Assembly: GCA_016199925.1 (NCBI GenBank)
Contig: JACQFT010000115.1
Location: 14,250 to 78,249 of the forward strand
DNA: 64,000 bases
Source: Opitutia bacterium
GTDB taxonomy: Bacteria > Verrucomicrobiota > Verrucomicrobiia > Opitutales > Opitutaceae
Direction of reading: 5' to 3'
The translations under genes and the position numbers were made by a program. A model generated the notes under the pieces. That model made no database searches. It was not told where the DNA came from and worked only from the letters and a program-made list of their open reading frames with translations. The first letter of the stretch is position 1. Each line of letters opens with the position of its first letter. Below, piece by piece: positions 61,289 to 64,000 of the stretch.

Positions 61289-61909
61289 ATGCTGACCGCG
61301 CGAAAAATCTTGGTCGTCGAAGACGCCGCCGCCGATTTCGAATTGATCTCGGCTGAGCTGGGCCGCGACAGCGGATGGCTCGACGTGAAGCGCGTCGATT
61401 CCTGCGCGGCGTTGGCGGAGGAACTGGAACACGAACTGCCGCACGTCGTGCTGTGCGATCACGGCAGCGCCCGGTGGGACAGCCTCGCCGTGCTCGCGCA
61501 GGTGCGCGCCCGCGACACCGACCTGCCGTTCATCATCGTGACGGGAACGATCCCCGCCGCCACCGCGCAGCAGGCTTTTGCGCACGGCGTGGACGACGTG
61601 GTGCTGAAAGACCAACTGCATTGCCTGCGCCCGGCAGTCCGCCGGGCCCTGCATTTGGCGGAGGAGATCGCAGCGCGGCGCAAGGTAGAGCAGGAACGCG
61701 ATCATCTGGCCGTGGAATTGCTGACGGTCCGCCGGCAACTTTCGGCGCGGCTCGGGATGGTGCGGATCTGCTCGAGCTGTAAGCGGATTCCGGAAGCCGC
61801 CGGCCAATGGGTCCAGTTGGAGGAATATCTCCACCGCCATCTCGCGATCGATTTCACGCACGGCCTGTGTCCGGAGTGCGTGCGGAAATACCTGCCGGCG
61901 CTGCCGTAA
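61289..61909 (+). CDS. Response regulator: REC domain, coiled linker and C-terminal four-cysteine (CxxC...CxxC) domain
   Basis: REC: ILVVEDAAAD, VVLCDHG (acceptor Asp), FIIVTG, VVLKD. C-terminus: VRICSSCKRIPEAAGQWVQLEEYLHRHLAIDFTHGLCPECVRKY. Confidence 0.88.
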   Translation: MLTARKILVVEDAAADFELISAELGRDSGWLDVKRVDSCAALAEELEHELPHVVLCDHGSARWDSLAVLAQVRARDTDLPFIIVTGTIPAATAQQAFAHGVDDVVLKDQLHCLRPAVRRALHLAEEIAARRKVEQERDHLAVELLTVRRQLSARLGMVRICSSCKRIPEAAGQWVQLEEYLHRHLAIDFTHGLCPECVRKYLPALP

Positions 61910-61941
61910 AGCTCCGGCTGGGGCGCAGGCGCCGGCAGTTT

Positions 61942-61960
61942 CAGGTAATCACCTACTTAG
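61942..61960 (+). promoter_or_regulatory. Partial copy of the recurrent upstream motif (CAGGT-AATC-ACCTAC-TTAG)
   Basis: Shares GGTA.TCACCTACT with 61222..61235 and has a 4-bp palindrome AGGT/ACCT. It lies about 75 nt upstream of ATG 62033. Confidence 0.3.
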
Positions 61961-62032
61961 CGTGCGGAGGCTCCGGGCATACATTGGTTTGGAGCGAATC
62001 GCCGAGCGAGTCGCCCCGACAATGGAGATTGC

Positions 62033-64000
62033 ATGAAGAAGGAGCTATACGTGCTCATCATCGAAGATGTGTCCGCGGATGTCGTCCTCATCAACCACGA
62101 GTTGCGTCGAGGCGGCTTGGCTTTTCGTTCCAAACGGATCGGCACCAAGGACGAGTTTCTGGAGGAGCTGCGGCACGGTCCGCCGGACCTGATTCTTTCG
62201 GACCACGGGCTGCCCGAGTTCGACGGCTTCAGCGCGCTCGCCATCGCGCAGAACGAGTGCCCCGAGGTGCCGTTTGTCTTTGTCACCGGTTCGATGGGCG
62301 AGGAGGTCGCGATCGACAGCCTCAAGGGCGGCGCGACCGATTACGTTCTGAAAAACCGGCTGTCCGGGTTGCTGCCGGCGGTGACGCGCGCGCTGCGCCT
62401 CGCCGACGAGCGGCGCTTGCGGCTGGCGGCCGAGCACGCCCTCAGCCAGAGCGAAGATCATTTCCGCTCGCTGGTCGAGGGTGTCAAAGACTACGCGATC
62501 TTCATGGTCGGCCTCGACGGCAACATCGCGACGTGGAACACCGGCGCCGAGTGGATCATGGGCTATCCGGCCGCCGAGATTGTCGGCCGCTCGCACGAAT
62601 GCACTTTTCTGGCGGCCGACGTGGCGAACGGCGAACCGGCGCGGCTGTTGCGGCTCGCGGCGGCGCAGGGCCGCAGCGAACGCGAAGGCTGGCGGCTGCA
62701 GAAGGGCGGGGCGCAATTCTGGGCCAACACCATCGTCACCGCGCTGCCGGGCGCGCAGGGGTTGCGCGGCTACGCGGTCGTGACCCGCGACATCACCGAA
62801 TGGCGCCGCGCCGAGGACGGCCTCCGCCAGAGCCAGGCCCGCAAGGGCGCGATCCTGGAAGCGGCGCTCGACGGCATCATCATGATCGACGCCACGGGTT
62901 GCGTCACCGAATGGAATCCGGCGGCGCAACGGATTTTCGGCTACAGCCGGGCCGACGTGCTCGGGCGAGAGCTCGCGGAGCTGATCATCCCGCCCGTTCA
63001 CCGGGAAGCCCACCGGAAAGGTTTCGCCAAATATCTGGCGACCGGCGAAGGCCCGCTGATCGGCCGGCGGGTCGAGACCGTCGCGCAACGCGCCGACGGC
63101 GCGGAGATCCCGGTCGAACTGGCAATCGCGCCGACCACCACGCTGGTGTCGCCGACGTTCATCGGCTACGTGCGCGACCTGACCGAGCGGGACAAGACGC
63201 GCGCGGCGCTCGCGGAGAGCATGGCGCGCCACACCGCGATCATGGAGGCGGCGCTCGACGCCATCATCTCGCTCGACCAGGAGGGTGTCGTGCACGACTG
63301 GAACGCCGCCGCCGAGCGGATGTTCGGCTACCCGCGCGCGGCGGCGGCCGGCAAGAAAGTGGACGCGCTGATCATCCCGCAGGCTCTGCTGGACATCTAC
63401 CGCGACGGGCTCGCGCAATACCTGACGCTTGGGGCCGGCAGCCTGATCGGCCGCCCCGTCGATTTGACGGCGCGCCGGGCGGACGGCTCGGAGTTTGCCG
63501 TCGAACTCGGCGTGACGCCGATCGCCGCGACCGACCCGCCGCTCTACACGGCGATCATCCGCGACATCACCGCGCGCAAAGCGGCCGAGGCCGAAGTGCG
63601 GCGCTTGAACGCCGAGCTGGACCAACGCGTGCGCGCCCGCACCGCCGAGCTGGAGGCGGCGAATCAGGAACTTGAGTCGTTCAGCTATTCGGTGTCGCAC
63701 GATCTGCGCGCCCCCTTGCGGCACATCACCGGTTTCATCGAGATGCTGCGGGCCCGCGCAGAGCCGGTGCTCGACGGCGAGAGCCGGCGGCTGGCGAGCA
63801 ACATCGCGAGTTCGGCCGAGCGCATGACGCGCCTGATCGACGCGCTCCTCGGCTTCTCCCGGCTGGGCCGCGCGGACTTGCGGAAAGTGCGGGTGTCGCT
63901 CGAGGCCCTGGTCCGCGGCGCCCGGCTCGAATTGCGCCATGAGTCGCGCGACCGCAAAATCGTGTGGGTGGCCGAAAAACTGCCCGAGGTCGACGGCGCC
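62033..64000 (+). CDS. Hybrid sensor histidine kinase, N-terminal REC + three PAS domains + HisKA (3' end outside the window)
   Basis: Frame 2 is open from ATG 62033 to the window end, so it is absent from the ORF track, which needs a stop. REC: VLIIEDVSAD, LILSDHG, VFVTG, YVLKN. PAS blocks end in VTRDITEWRRAE, YVRDLTERDK, IIRDITARKAAE. H-box: ESFSYSVSHDLRAPLRH. Confidence 0.9.
   Translation, partial: MKKELYVLIIEDVSADVVLINHELRRGGLAFRSKRIGTKDEFLEELRHGPPDLILSDHGLPEFDGFSALAIAQNECPEVPFVFVTGSMGEEVAIDSLKGGATDYVLKNRLSGLLPAVTRALRLADERRLRLAAEHALSQSEDHFRSLVEGVKDYAIFMVGLDGNIATWNTGAEWIMGYPAAEIVGRSHECTFLAADVANGEPARLLRLAAAQGRSEREGWRLQKGGAQFWANTIVTALPGAQGLRGYAVVTRDITEWRRAEDGLRQSQARKGAILEAALDGIIMIDATGCVTEWNPAAQRIFGYSRADVLGRELAELIIPPVHREAHRKGFAKYLATGEGPLIGRRVETVAQRADGAEIPVELAIAPTTTLVSPTFIGYVRDLTERDKTRAALAESMARHTAIMEAALDAIISLDQEGVVHDWNAAAERMFGYPRAAAAGKKVDALIIPQALLDIYRDGLAQYLTLGAGSLIGRPVDLTARRADGSEFAVELGVTPIAATDPPLYTAIIRDITARKAAEAEVRRLNAELDQRVRARTAELEAANQELESFSYSVSHDLRAPLRHITGFIEMLRARAEPVLDGESRRLASNIASSAERMTRLIDALLGFSRLGRADLRKVRVSLEALVRGARLELRHESRDRKIVWVAEKLPEVDGA

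Noticed and set aside
61807-63675. 622-aa plus-strand ORF over the last gene.
   Set aside because: It is in the wrong frame, with Arg/Gly/Ala-rich content and no motifs. The frame starting at ATG 62033 gives clean REC, PAS and HisKA motifs and stays open to the window end.
1-64000. Search for mobile elements, prophage, integrases, toxin-antitoxin pairs or known defence systems.
   Set aside because: No transposase, integrase or recombinase, phage structural, nuclease/helicase or restriction-modification-type motifs were recognised in any frame. No terminal inverted repeats bracket any block, and GC content looks uniform apart from short intergenic dips.

Overview
High-GC segment from a diderm bacterium, inferred from the secretin, T2SS-type ATPase and lipobox or signal peptides. 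The taxon cannot be proven from sequence alone. Coding density is very high and there are no rRNA, tRNA, CRISPR, transposase, integrase or recognisable defence genes. Content from left to right: (1) the 3' end of a GH9-like glycosidase paralog, then two small secreted proteins. (2) A minus-strand RsbR-RsbS-RsbT-RsbX stressosome module coupled to a soluble PAS/GAF histidine kinase and a NarL-type response regulator. (3) A full-length secreted GH9 enzyme with a Calx-beta domain, a proline-rich stalk and a C-terminal anchor. (4) A roughly 12 kb surface-polysaccharide locus: GT4 and GT2 transferases, a priming sugar transferase, a Wzy/O-antigen-ligase-like protein, a deacetylase-like protein, a uridine-kinase-like P-loop protein, nucleotidyltransferase-like proteins, an alkaline-phosphatase-family protein and a free STAS protein. 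(5) A partial T2SS/T4P-like set: GspC/PilP-like, GspL-like, GspM-like, GspE ATPase and secretin. (6) Directly adjacent and co-oriented, a roughly 20.5 kb hybrid NRPS/type-I PKS assembly line in four translationally coupled genes: C-A-T; C-A(luciferase-like monooxygenase insert)-T; KS-AT-ACP-C-A-T; C-A-T-TE. It also encodes a cyclic-peptide-type ABC exporter and an Sfp-type PPTase. (7) A GT26-STAS fusion gene, a GT4 gene and a secreted protein of unknown function. (8) A decayed PAP2/haloperoxidase-like remnant and three S8 subtilase paralogs, two intact and one heavily decayed. (9) A response regulator with a C-terminal four-cysteine domain and a 3'-truncated REC-PAS3-histidine kinase. The most novel-looking element is the NRPS-PKS cluster. 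It has a monooxygenase embedded in the A domain of an internal glycine module that feeds a ketosynthase, and it sits flush against secretion genes. A short palindromic motif recurs upstream of several operons. All domain calls rest on motif recognition by eye in the supplied translations. No database search was run.
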